Below, piece by piece: positions 25,401-35,629 of a stretch of DNA of 64,000 bases. Both the position numbers and the translations under genes were made by a program. The DNA comes from Schizochytrium sp. TIO01 (Eukaryota > Protista > Bigyra: Labyrinthulomycetes), in contig SMSO01000037.1 of NCBI GenBank assembly GCA_004764695.1, positions 2,766,747 to 2,830,746 on the forward strand, read 5' to 3'. Every line of letters begins with the position of its first letter. Within the stretch, counting starts at the first letter, position 1. The notes below the pieces were generated by a model, which had not been told where the DNA came from, searched no databases, and saw only the letters and a list, made by a program, of their open reading frames with translations.

Positions 25401-26399
25401 GGATTATGAATCTTCGCATTTAGAAATGATCTTCCGATTACCTTCATTGCGAGCGAAACTTGATCCTGCAACCTAAGGATATTATTCAAGACCATACAGG
25501 TACTAGCTCAAGGACGTGCGAGGCATGCGTACGCTACGCATTGCGGTGTGAAAGGAGCAGAAGGATGGTCTGGCAATCACTCACGTTCGGCAATACACCA
25601 TGAGTGATAGCTTCGGGTGGAATTCTTACCCAAGTGAAGAAATTTTGAGGCGCTGCCTTTGACCGATGAATTGCATGACACTGCGTATCGTGGTTCAAGT
25701 TTGCATGTGCCCTGCATCCAAGAAGATCTTCTCAAACTATTTCTTATGAAAGTGAAAGCGCGTGGAACGTGATTAACTCTCTGATGTTGAGCCCGCCTGC
25801 ATCTTTGCCACAGGAGATTTGAGCCAGCCTGGCGCCACCCTAAGGGCCAAGCAGGCCGTCAGACCATTGACCAATTTGCGAAAGCAAGATTCGCTTGCCC
25901 CTTACGATTGAAGATTAAAAAATAGCAAAAGAAAATGGTACCGACAAACGCAACTTTAGCTTATTCGTCTTTTTCTAGGAATAGGCAAGCAATATTTGTT
26001 TTAAAATAGTCGAATGGCAACCTTTTTTTAAAGATGTTCGAAAAAGTGCTGTACAAAATTCATGCTCAACTCGTTCTTTGACGAGAGATTGATTACAGCT
26101 AACAAGTAAAGTAGCACCTAGGCTTATGGCTGGATTAAGAACTTCGGAAGGTAAAACAATCGTAAGTATAGAGGACACCATTCAGAGAATTTTCAAACCC
26201 AAAGTTAATATAAGAGCAGGCGCTCATGAATAAGTAGTAATAGTTTGCTTTCTAGTCATGTTGGAAAATAATCTATACATCGCATCACATTTGAAAGAAA
26301 CTATGAGAACCACGTGCGAAGTCTCGAAGAAGTTAATGGAATGATTGTCGAAAGTTGAGAGTGAATAATATTGAAAATAATCTGCACATACATTGAGTA

Positions 26400-28052
26400 T
26401 TAAAATGTTTGGCTAGAGTGTCTAGAATCAGGTTGGTCCTCATGATCTACCTCATGGCCATCGAGGGCACTGGAGCTGCCCCCGCCACGAAGCCAAGCTG
26501 TAATAGATGCTGTGTAAGATGAAGTTGAGCGCGATGGCCTAGGTGAAGAGGGGGGTGACATAGCTGCCATCTGCGATGCTTGAAAAGCTGCCAACCTCGC
26601 TAGTAGATCGTCCTCATCCGAGCGACGAGTAGCCAAATCAACTTTAATCCGTGCTAGCTCAAGCTTTGCATCGTCTAAAGAATGCTCAAAATTTTCATTC
26701 TCCTTTTGTAGCCTTGTAATAACAGCATTCTTGCTCTCAATCGTTCCTTTACTCTCAGAATCTACACGCAGCAATTCCTCTCGCAAGTTGTAGATTGTTT
26801 CGTCTTTCGCTTGAAGGAGAAGGTTTAAGCTGCTCATTTCCTCTTCGAGCGCACCAATTCGAACCGCATCAGCGCTTTTTCGCTCTGCAAGACGAAGTTG
26901 CATATCTTCACGGAGATCACGCACAGCAGATTCGTACTCTAAACGTGCATTACCACTAACGAGTTCGGCCTCTCTTAACTTCTGTGTTAAAACACTCTCA
27001 CGATGCGATAGCTCTTGTGCCTCCTTAGTCTTTGCGACCAAGTCTGCCTCGAGAGCCTTCACACGAACGCGCAGTTCTTCGTTCTCGTCTAAACTAGTGT
27101 CATTTGGCGAGGAGATTGCATTCCCCTCCACTTGGTTATGATGTTGTGCTAACTGATGTTCACCCAGAAGCAGAATTCGGTTGGTGTTCTCTTGAGATAC
27201 TGTCAACGCCCCCGTTACAGCCTCCAAGGCTGACGAAACGCTCTTCAGCATAGCCCCTTCCATTCGTTTTTCATGGGTTGAGAACATCCTTTCAAATAAA
27301 GAGGTGGCCTCTTCTTTGCTTTGTAATCTAGCCAGGCTTTCACTTACAATTGCAGCTCTACCTTCTGCTTGCAGTGCGCGCAACAAAAGTTGATCACAGC
27401 GAGTTTGTAGCTTGTTGAGGATTTCATTGTTTACTTGGTGCTGCTCGGCGTCTAAATTTGCTTCGGCAATTCCAAGCTCCTCCAATAAACGCTGATCCAT
27501 CGCCGACCACTTTTCAAGGTCTGCAAGCGCACTATCCACACGTGTGCTGGGAGTTACAGGTGCCTCGGAAATATCGTTTGAAATAGCGAGTGGAGAGAAA
27601 CATGTGTCATCTTCAACTACACTCTTGAAACCTTTCTTAGCGGTTGTAATGGTTTCTTCAATTTGCTTTGCTTCGTTGACAATGAGGTCAGCTAGAGGGC
27701 TAGATGGGGAATGCACTGTTGAATCAATAGAGGATGGAAACATCTCAGTATTTGCTGTCCACTCTTGAATCTTACTTTCATACTTGCTTTTAGCCATCTG
27801 CGAGGCGATTTCTTGATCCTCGCCCATGTGTGTATTCTTGTAACGAACGCTACACGAGCTGTCTTCTGCTTGGTTATAGCTTTCGTCATCTGAGTCTTTT
27901 CCCTCCTCTTGGTCGCTCAATTCAGACTCTTGACCTTGAATATGCATCTTGCTATTATCAAGTAATTCTGCTTGCTTTTTAGAAATGCAGTCCTTTGGCG
28001 ATGATTCCTGAAGAAATGGTGAAATCGCTGTGTCGCTGTCCATGATGGGCAT
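26400..28052 (-). CDS. Hypothetical coiled-coil protein (550 aa)
   Basis: Long ATG ORF with an acidic, SP-rich disordered N-terminus, an extended heptad-rich E/L/A/R region and a short SITAWLRGG C-terminal motif. No family recognised. Confidence 0.8.
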   Translation of the reverse strand: MPIMDSDTAISPFLQESSPKDCISKKQAELLDNSKMHIQGQESELSDQEEGKDSDDESYNQAEDSSCSVRYKNTHMGEDQEIASQMAKSKYESKIQEWTANTEMFPSSIDSTVHSPSSPLADLIVNEAKQIEETITTAKKGFKSVVEDDTCFSPLAISNDISEAPVTPSTRVDSALADLEKWSAMDQRLLEELGIAEANLDAEQHQVNNEILNKLQTRCDQLLLRALQAEGRAAIVSESLARLQSKEEATSLFERMFSTHEKRMEGAMLKSVSSALEAVTGALTVSQENTNRILLLGEHQLAQHHNQVEGNAISSPNDTSLDENEELRVRVKALEADLVAKTKEAQELSHRESVLTQKLREAELVSGNARLEYESAVRDLREDMQLRLAERKSADAVRIGALEEEMSSLNLLLQAKDETIYNLREELLRVDSESKGTIESKNAVITRLQKENENFEHSLDDAKLELARIKVDLATRRSDEDDLLARLAAFQASQMAAMSPPSSPRPSRSTSSYTASITAWLRGGGSSSALDGHEVDHEDQPDSRHSSQTF

Positions 28053-29958
28053 GCAAGTTTTTTGTAGAAAGTTTTATAAGCCTAATATAAACCTGACTTT
28101 GAGATGACAACAAAACCCCTCTGGTTCTGAATGTTTTCTTCAATACCTAGTGTTGTGCTGGTGCTTCCTGTGAAGCTTCTTCACAAGACAGCGTTGACTA
28201 ACTCTTGTCTTGATGGTTGACGAGTAGACAAGTAAACAATTCTGAAACCCAACGATGGTTCAACCTAATACTGTTTTATTCGGGGTTTCCTGCACAAGTC
28301 CACTTCAAGACCACTTTAACAAATTCCACAGTGATGGGAGAGAACCTCGTTTGCTGAGCTATGCCTTAACTTTCCTGGTGTCAGACTTCCTCTCTCACAC
28401 CAGTTCCTGAGAGAGGTTTCCTTGGCGCAAGCCAGCTTCGTGATGCGAGCTTGCTTTCTTTCTGCTCTCTGTGCTTATTCTTATGCTTCTATTTTAAGGA
28501 ATCGCCAGCTGCTGCTAAGTTTTTGTCAATAAATGTAATACGGGGACTATGACAAGCGGAGTGTGAAGGAGGGTTATGCAGTCTTTTTCTTTCTGGTTAG
28601 GTATACACCTATCAAAGGTCTAGACCTACGTACTACAATATGTTTTCTTTTCTTGTAGCAGTTTAGACAATGCAGCCATGCGTTGAAACCAAGGAGACGC
28701 TGTCGTTGCAGCACCTTTCACGGGATGGCAACGCGTGATGAGGTTTTTCTTGTCAGGGTATGTGATGAGCTGCCTCGCTGCAAGTATTGAGGGTCTCTTC
28801 TTCTGACCTGTAAGCAACTCTTCTGTTTAAACGAGCAAACCGCTCCAACCCTAGTACTGCACAAGTCTTGGCAAACTCATTGCAATGAGCAAAGACTTCT
28901 GTTGAATTTAATTTCACAGTTCTGTGCTATAGTACCTACTAGATTAGTAACCTATGCCAACACCACCTCCATATGTCATGTATCCTTTCTCGCCAGCATT
29001 ATCAAAAATACCTGAACATGAAACTGCAGACTATCGAAGAGTCAGACTGAGCGCCGGTTCCACTAGGGTGCACACGGAGGTCTAAATGTATAAATCAACC
29101 AACCCCTATGACATCCATTGCCACAAACTTTCAATTGCATAGAAACCATGTCTTTATAAGCCCAAAAAATAACAAACAAATTATTGACGACCACTTCAAC
29201 CTTGCCCAGCACCACGTGTCACCAATACATGATCGGCCTGCAAAGCGTCGCATCCACATCATGATTATCTCCAACCCTCGCGAATGTCTGTCTTCTCAAG
29301 CCATCCAAGTATCCGTTGGCGCTGCCAGAGAACGTAGGGAATCCATTGTGCCAGGGGAACCATGGTAAAATGGGGAATACGGGGAAACGAAGGCAGGAGA
29401 AGTCCATGCGGGTAATTGTCCACAGCAGAGCGGCCTAAATACCCATTTGGTGAAGTTGCACTTGGGCCCCGGAAAACCTCGTTTTAATTCTCAATCCTTT
29501 GGTGCTTCAGCTTTTCCGGCGAATACCCGCATACCGATGCAGTTATGGCGGGTGCTTTCATCGCGAAACCGCCTGAGCTCGAGAGTCTCGCTGGGTTCTT
29601 CTCTATGGCTTGAGCGGAGGAGCTTCGGAGAAGCAGGCGAAGATGATGCGGCCTTTTCTAAGGCGAAGAAGAAGAAGGCTGCCATATTGATGATGTATCA
29701 AAGCACATTGAGGAAATGAGATTAAAAAAGATTAAAAGGTCTGAGACAGTGCTATTGCGAGTGCTAGCGCAGGTACGGGTTTTGGGGTGAGTAGTTGAAG
29801 TGCAGCAGAAAAATTGCGATCAATCTTGCAATATTTCGCCGCCAAGGCCGCGAGATCTTTGCGATTGCAAGAGGGGTTGGTGCTTGGGCAGGATTGAATA
29901 GGAGGACCGGTTGGCTTGCACGTATAGCAGGGTAGATATAGTCTTGGTCGTGGTAAAG

Positions 29959-30666
29959 ATGGCAGGATCGGGCGTGGGCACTGTGCTAAGGCGGGAGCTC
30001 CTGGCGGGAGCCCGCACCCTCGACACGAGGATACAATCTGTGCATTTGCGAGCTGGGCCTACGTTGAAGATGCGTGGGTCAGACATGTTTCACGCTCGTG
30101 AATTTGAGCGTTTTACGAGATATGTGCCGCACATTAACGCCAATGATCCCATTCGGGACGGTGCTGCTCAGCAGTACAGCATTGAGAGCCTCTTTGCCAA
30201 AGCGTTTCCTTCAGACGAGGCCATGCAGGACTCTACTGAAGCCGGTTTTGCAGCCTTACGTACGATTTCCCGTCGCAACCAGATTTACAAAAACCAGACT
30301 TATTCACCGGCCAAACCGGACTACGTCAAGCTCGATATTGGAAATGTCTTCCACCATAAGAAGCATGGTTTTCGTGGAGTTGTCGTCCAGTGGTTTCTTG
30401 AATGTCCTGCTGGGCCAGATTGGCTTGAGCAGTGGGGGCCCTTCAAGAAGGGTGCTAACCAACCTTTTTACCGCACGCTTGTAGATACTCACGACCGCCC
30501 TCAGCCCTTCATGGCGTTGGCTGCCGAAGAGAACCTTGAGTATCTTCCCAACCCTGAGGGCCCAGAGGTTTCTCACCCCAAAATTGACGAATTTTTTACA
30601 GACTTTGAGTTTGGCCACTTTGTGCTCAAGGACAAAATGGCCTGGGCCTTCCCCGAAGACTGGTAG
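29959..30666 (+). CDS. YccV/HspQ-like (hemimethylated-DNA-binding-like) domain protein, possibly mitochondrial
   Basis: First ATG at 29959. The C-terminal half matches YccV-like motifs: DIGNVFHHKKHGFRGVVVQW, QPFYRTLVD, AAEENL, HPKIDEFF. Confidence 0.85.
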   Translation: MAGSGVGTVLRRELLAGARTLDTRIQSVHLRAGPTLKMRGSDMFHAREFERFTRYVPHINANDPIRDGAAQQYSIESLFAKAFPSDEAMQDSTEAGFAALRTISRRNQIYKNQTYSPAKPDYVKLDIGNVFHHKKHGFRGVVVQWFLECPAGPDWLEQWGPFKKGANQPFYRTLVDTHDRPQPFMALAAEENLEYLPNPEGPEVSHPKIDEFFTDFEFGHFVLKDKMAWAFPEDW

Positions 30667-31356
30667 TTATTGTGGCTACCTTTGTAGGTAGATAGATATT
30701 CGCCAGGAGATCTCCAAGAACCAAATGGCAAGGGGCTGTCTAGCACGACAAATCAGTGTTAGCGTGCAAACCTTTTACATAACCGGCCTCTTTTGTATGC
30801 GAAGTTCCATCCTGCCTGGCACCTTTAGGTCTTATTTTGTTTACTGGACGTCACGAGATGCAGCTCTAATCAATCAGCGCGCTTGTGTCACATGACTGAT
30901 CGCTCTTGTTTGGCTTATCCAACTAATTACCCATTGCAAATATTATACAATGTGCCAACTTTGAGCCTTTACTTGATTACTTGCTAGCATCCTGACTTGC
31001 TTCTTTGTTGAACCGCTTCTGATGCCAATGAGAAAAGCTTCTATTCTGCGTAAGATTGTTCTCTGTTACATGATCTTTAAATAAAACATTATGAATCTGC
31101 CGGCCTAAGGACTACAGCCAATGGAATATTGAGACCAAATGCCAGGGTTTGGAAAGATGGGTAGCGACTGTAAAATCCGAGATCGGTATTTATTGGTGAT
31201 TTAAAAGGATTAAAGAAAGAATATGCCATATCATCTTACTTTGCATGTCTACGCCAGTATCGAATCCAGCACTGGCCTGATATCTCAGGCACTACTCACA
31301 AACATGGGATCTCATCTCAGCGAACACGAGTATTAGTAGCAGCAGCAATTAATGAA

Positions 31357-33009
31357 TTAGCGTCGAGAGGAAATTGTACAGGTTGCTGATCGAACAGCAA
31401 GTGATCCGTCCACAACTGTAGGAGGGACACCACGAGCGGCACTTGCACGCCGCGTAACATTGACACGCCCGTTGACAACAAGCAATGGGTTAGCGTTATC
31501 TAGAGTCTCTGGAGTTACTGTCACACCATCGAGGTATTGCTTAAGCAATGCTTTGAGTAAGTTGTGCTCGTTTTGCAAACGTTCTTTCTCCTTATCTACA
31601 GCAAGTTTAGTTAACAGTGCTTTGTTGAATCTCTTAAAAAATCCATCTAGACCTTGCCACTCATCGACAAGTTTACCATCAGATGCCACTGCTCTTGCCT
31701 TATCCATAAGTTCGGCAGGGGTCTCGAGGTCATGATGTAGTACTCCCATCTTACCGCCACTCTCTTCAGTGTCAGTCGCATCCTTGTCCTTCTTCTCTTT
31801 CTCGTCTGAAGGGCTTGTGCCCACCATACCAGCTGAATCACTTTCTTCTTCTCCGGTATCAGAGGTTTCGTAGAAAGGCAAGACTTTCTCCTCCATAGTC
31901 TCGTAATTTCTGGCCATTTCCGCAAGCTTGAGAATGCGTTCTGCAAGGTCCACATTCGAGGAAATCTTTTTCCGTGCCTCACTAGTTGCCTTTGTGAGAT
32001 CTGCCAAACGGGTTGCCTGGGAATCTCGAAATTTGTTCATACGGGTTTTCAAATCTAGGAAGTGCCGATTGATTTGGTCTTTTTCAGCACGCAAACTGCC
32101 GTTCCGGTCATCACACTCCTTCATATTTTGCGAAATCTTGGTACGCCAATGACTTAAGGATGCTTGCAAACGCTCAATTTTTTTAATTTTCGCTTCGATC
32201 TCCTTTGAGAGTTCATTATCTTTACGTGTGAGGAACTTGAAGTCTTGCGTACGCTGATCAGTGTTCTGCAGATAGTTCAAGTGTGCGGATTCAAAGCAAC
32301 GTTCGAGTTCTTCAATTGTGCTTTCAAGGGTAATTCGTAGAATATTGACATCTTCGAGGTTTTTGTTGCGCACCTCCTCCCGAGTTTGTTCATGCTCCTG
32401 ACGTTCCTCACCCTCACGTTCTGCTTCTTTTGCATCAACTGCGGCAACAATGTCAAGAAGCTCCTGTTTTTCAAGTTGATGTTGCATTTGGATTTGTTCA
32501 CGCTCAGCGTTAAACTCAGCAGCGATCTCAGTCATTTCTGCCTCAAATTCATTCTCAAGAGCAAGAAGGCGAGCATCCTGTTGGTCAATAAGTCGATCGA
32601 TGTTTGTCAAGTGCGATCGAAGCGCAGTTTGATATTGTTCCTCTGCTTCTTCAAGATCACGATCGAGACTTTGGATAATAGCATCCTTTCGATCCACGTC
32701 ACGTTCGTGATTTTGGGAAAGAATCTCAATGTCGTTGCGGAGAGATTCCACCTTGGCAAGGCGTAAGATTTTCCGCCACTGCTGCTGCACGCGTAGACGA
32801 TTAGTTTGCGTATTACGTGCTTCTTGCATCATTTCAGTTTCAAGTCGCGCACGAAGCTGAAGTGCACGTTGTTTACGAGCATCATTTTCTGCGAGACGCA
32901 ACTTCTTTTCTTCCTCAGCGCGGTCTTCCTCGCTCATTTCAGGGTCCCCCTTGCCGCCCTTGCCGCCCTTTTTCTTGCCGCCTTTGACATCCTTGCCAAG
33001 AACCGCCAT
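31357..33009 (-). CDS. DRC2: Dynein regulatory complex subunit 2 (CCDC65)
   Basis: WRKILRLAKVESLRNDIEILSQNHERDVDRKDAIIQSLDRDLEEAEEQYQTALRSHL, ETMEEKVLPFY, FFKRFNKALL, LKQYLDGVTV and NPLLVVN are diagnostic DRC2/CCDC65 blocks. Confidence 0.93.
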   Translation of the reverse strand: MAVLGKDVKGGKKKGGKGGKGDPEMSEEDRAEEEKKLRLAENDARKQRALQLRARLETEMMQEARNTQTNRLRVQQQWRKILRLAKVESLRNDIEILSQNHERDVDRKDAIIQSLDRDLEEAEEQYQTALRSHLTNIDRLIDQQDARLLALENEFEAEMTEIAAEFNAEREQIQMQHQLEKQELLDIVAAVDAKEAEREGEERQEHEQTREEVRNKNLEDVNILRITLESTIEELERCFESAHLNYLQNTDQRTQDFKFLTRKDNELSKEIEAKIKKIERLQASLSHWRTKISQNMKECDDRNGSLRAEKDQINRHFLDLKTRMNKFRDSQATRLADLTKATSEARKKISSNVDLAERILKLAEMARNYETMEEKVLPFYETSDTGEEESDSAGMVGTSPSDEKEKKDKDATDTEESGGKMGVLHHDLETPAELMDKARAVASDGKLVDEWQGLDGFFKRFNKALLTKLAVDKEKERLQNEHNLLKALLKQYLDGVTVTPETLDNANPLLVVNGRVNVTRRASAARGVPPTVVDGSLAVRSATCTISSRR

Positions 33010-33718
33010 GATTGCTACGATTTGAGCAACTACCTAAGCGACTTCCCGCAAACTTGTGAAGGCTTGTCGTTTGAGGAGGTGCTGTTACCCGATCGTTTTC
33101 GCCGCCTCCTCCACGCGACGGCTGCTAAATAAGCAGAGAATCTGCTTGTCTTTGTTTCCCAACTTGCTCGCCACTTGGTGCTTGACGAGATACGAATGAG
33201 CAGTAAATAAGTATCGTAGCGCACACAAGCAAAAGAAAGACAGGATCGCAACGCTACCTAACTGTGCGCATAACTAGCAAAGTACACACTAGCGTTTGGG
33301 AACTATGCAGCTTTCATTAAACGATCTAGAAGTTTTGTTTATATCCTTATTGTTCTCTCTTATTTCAAGTTATACTAAGTGAAACTCATATACCATGAAA
33401 GATAGGTAGGATAATCTAACGGATAGGTGTGTGCGGAATTCTTGTTAGATGTATTTAGAAAATATGAATTACAAGACTTCGAGTAGAACTTGCAACTCTG
33501 ATTATGGGATGGTATTATCTAATTTGCAAAATAGTGTGATTAGGGGTAGGTAGCAAGTAGTAGAATGCGTTATTTTAGGGTAAGGTATTAATTAACTAAA
33601 GGTAAAGTTAGCACTTCTTTGGGGTTCACAATGCGAGAGCGGCAAAAGATAGTCATTGCAAGGTATATGTTGCGGCTTCAAAGAGAATGTTCAACAGTGT
33701 TTATGGTTTTTGGAAAGT

Positions 33719-35629
33719 TCACTTTGCGAGTCGAGAGAGCTCCTCTTCTTCGCGGCAGAATTGATCAAGAAGATCAAGACGCTGAGATGCCCAATCACGA
33801 CACAAGCGTCGCTCTGCCTCAAGGTTTTGTGCAAGGTTAGCGGAACGAGTCACCTCCGCAAGCAAACGTTGGTGCAGGTTCTCCATTTTGTTGTTTGTGT
33901 CCAGCAGGCGCCTCTCTTGGGCCTGGTTTTGCGCCTGAGATCTTTGCAAGGATTCCTGCAAGTTTGCGAGCTGGCGATCCTTACGCATAAGAGTCTGCTT
34001 AATATCTGTTGAGTCAGCAGTGGTTTCTTCACGAACATGTTCAAGCTGTTTGATTTTGGTGCGAGCATCATCCAATTCACGCTGCTTACGAATGATGCGT
34101 TGATCAGAGTCTTTGAGGCGCTCAGAGAGGTCCTTGACCACAGACGCGTGCTTGCGTTCTGACTCATGGAGTTGTTTTCGCAGGAGAACAGTGTTTTCTT
34201 CGAGCTCCTCAATGGTGCTCCCAAGAAGAGTTATCCGCTGCTCAGCAGTACTGAGTGCAGATAATGTGTCAGAGAGAGTAGTTGCCTGGGTCTCTGTGCG
34301 CTCCTCGAGCTCTTTGTTACGCTTATATAGATGATCGCGATCAGCTTTAATAGTTTCGAGTTCACGCTGTGCAGATGCGAAACGGTCTTCGTCAGAAGAT
34401 CGCAAATCCTCCAAAGAGATCCGAGCTTCATCAAGTTGCTCTTCCAGGGCATTAATCCGCGTTTGCAGCTCTCGGACACGCAGCTCCTCACTTTGTGCAC
34501 GGTCGTGCTCACTTCGCAACTCATCTTGCGCAAGTTCAAGATCCTTCTCAGCCTGGGCCCGGTCATCCTCCCGCGCTTTCTTTTCCTGATCCAACGCCTC
34601 CATCAAAAAGGATTCAGAGGATCGTGCAGCTTCACGAGCTTTTGCAATCTCTTTCTCCTTTTCTTCAACACGGGTCTCCAGAACCTGAACCCGCTCGAGG
34701 GCCACCTCAAGGTCGCCGTAGAGTCTTCCTTGGGAGTCAATCGTCTCTTGAGCTCCCGCAAGTGAGTTGCGGAGCTGCTGATTCTGCTGAGTCAGAGCTC
34801 GAATTCGAACATCCTTCTTAGCACTGTCTGCCTTAGTACGTTCAAATGCCAGACGCTGGCTACGAAGCTTCTCTAGAGATGCCTGGATTCGCACTACATC
34901 GCCAGAGCGCATCATTCCCATAATTGAAGCTTCTTCTTGACGATCACCAAACGAAGGTGGTACAGATGCCGGAGATGCCACCATTGTTCCGGGAGTCATC
35001 CCTACCAGGCGACCAACACCTCGACCCGGCGTTGAGTGAGGTGTTGAGAATGCAGCTCGGTTCTCTTGGAGCGGCGTCATCGGGTTGACATCTGCCTTTT
35101 GATGGAATCTCTCTTGCTCATACGCTGCAAGGTTAAACTTTGGTGGAGGTGGAGTGACTTCCTGCGGATTATTGTGGGCTCTGGCTTGGCGTGTACCTGG
35201 CGTCGGCATGCTCACGGCGCTGTTGGCGCTGCCGAGCCTTCCTCTGCCAGACGTTTCGGGCGTCCTAGAGGTCATTTCAAGCTCAATGTCCTCCATGGAG
35301 TCTGCCACGATGATCGAAAATGGTTTGCTGATCGACTTGAGTCTAGCGAGTTCCTTTTGCACGAGAGCCACAGGCATTTTCACGAAAGAGACTTTGGCAC
35401 TTCCAAGAGAAGCTCCAACGAGGACTTGTCCAGGCATAAGTGAAGAATCACCTGCTACAATGCCATGGACTGCTGCAATTCGAGACGACGGTTCTTGAGC
35501 ATCTCTTCTTACTTGAATAGTGACCCTTTCATCAACAGTGACCCTGCGAACACTGTTGCTTTGCTGCATTTGTGGCGTATGAGGTGGTACCGAAGCGGTC
35601 CGCGGTCGTAGTGCTGGTGAAGCGTACAT
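33719..35629 (-). CDS. Hypothetical protein: degenerate PDZ-like N-terminal domain, S/T-P-rich linker and long coiled coil (636 aa)
   Basis: Long ATG ORF. Residues ~30-110 (LMPGQVLVG...VALVQKELARL..KPFSIIV) look PDZ-like, followed by many SP/TP motifs and ~390 aa of heptad repeats. Confidence 0.8.
   Translation of the reverse strand: MYASPALRPRTASVPPHTPQMQQSNSVRRVTVDERVTIQVRRDAQEPSSRIAAVHGIVAGDSSLMPGQVLVGASLGSAKVSFVKMPVALVQKELARLKSISKPFSIIVADSMEDIELEMTSRTPETSGRGRLGSANSAVSMPTPGTRQARAHNNPQEVTPPPPKFNLAAYEQERFHQKADVNPMTPLQENRAAFSTPHSTPGRGVGRLVGMTPGTMVASPASVPPSFGDRQEEASIMGMMRSGDVVRIQASLEKLRSQRLAFERTKADSAKKDVRIRALTQQNQQLRNSLAGAQETIDSQGRLYGDLEVALERVQVLETRVEEKEKEIAKAREAARSSESFLMEALDQEKKAREDDRAQAEKDLELAQDELRSEHDRAQSEELRVRELQTRINALEEQLDEARISLEDLRSSDEDRFASAQRELETIKADRDHLYKRNKELEERTETQATTLSDTLSALSTAEQRITLLGSTIEELEENTVLLRKQLHESERKHASVVKDLSERLKDSDQRIIRKQRELDDARTKIKQLEHVREETTADSTDIKQTLMRKDRQLANLQESLQRSQAQNQAQERRLLDTNNKMENLHQRLLAEVTRSANLAQNLEAERRLCRDWASQRLDLLDQFCREEEELSRLAK

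Noticed and set aside
29180-29690. Cyclophilin-like fragments on the minus strand (FRDE, YLDG, HVVLGKV) and a frame with only TGA stops
   Set aside because: The motifs lie in different frames with spacing incompatible with cyclophilin; no SECIS or other readthrough evidence.
29735-29750. AAGGTCTGAGAC, similar to RNase P RNA CR-I
   Set aside because: No complementary CR-V (AATTCAGAC-like) segment at a plausible distance.
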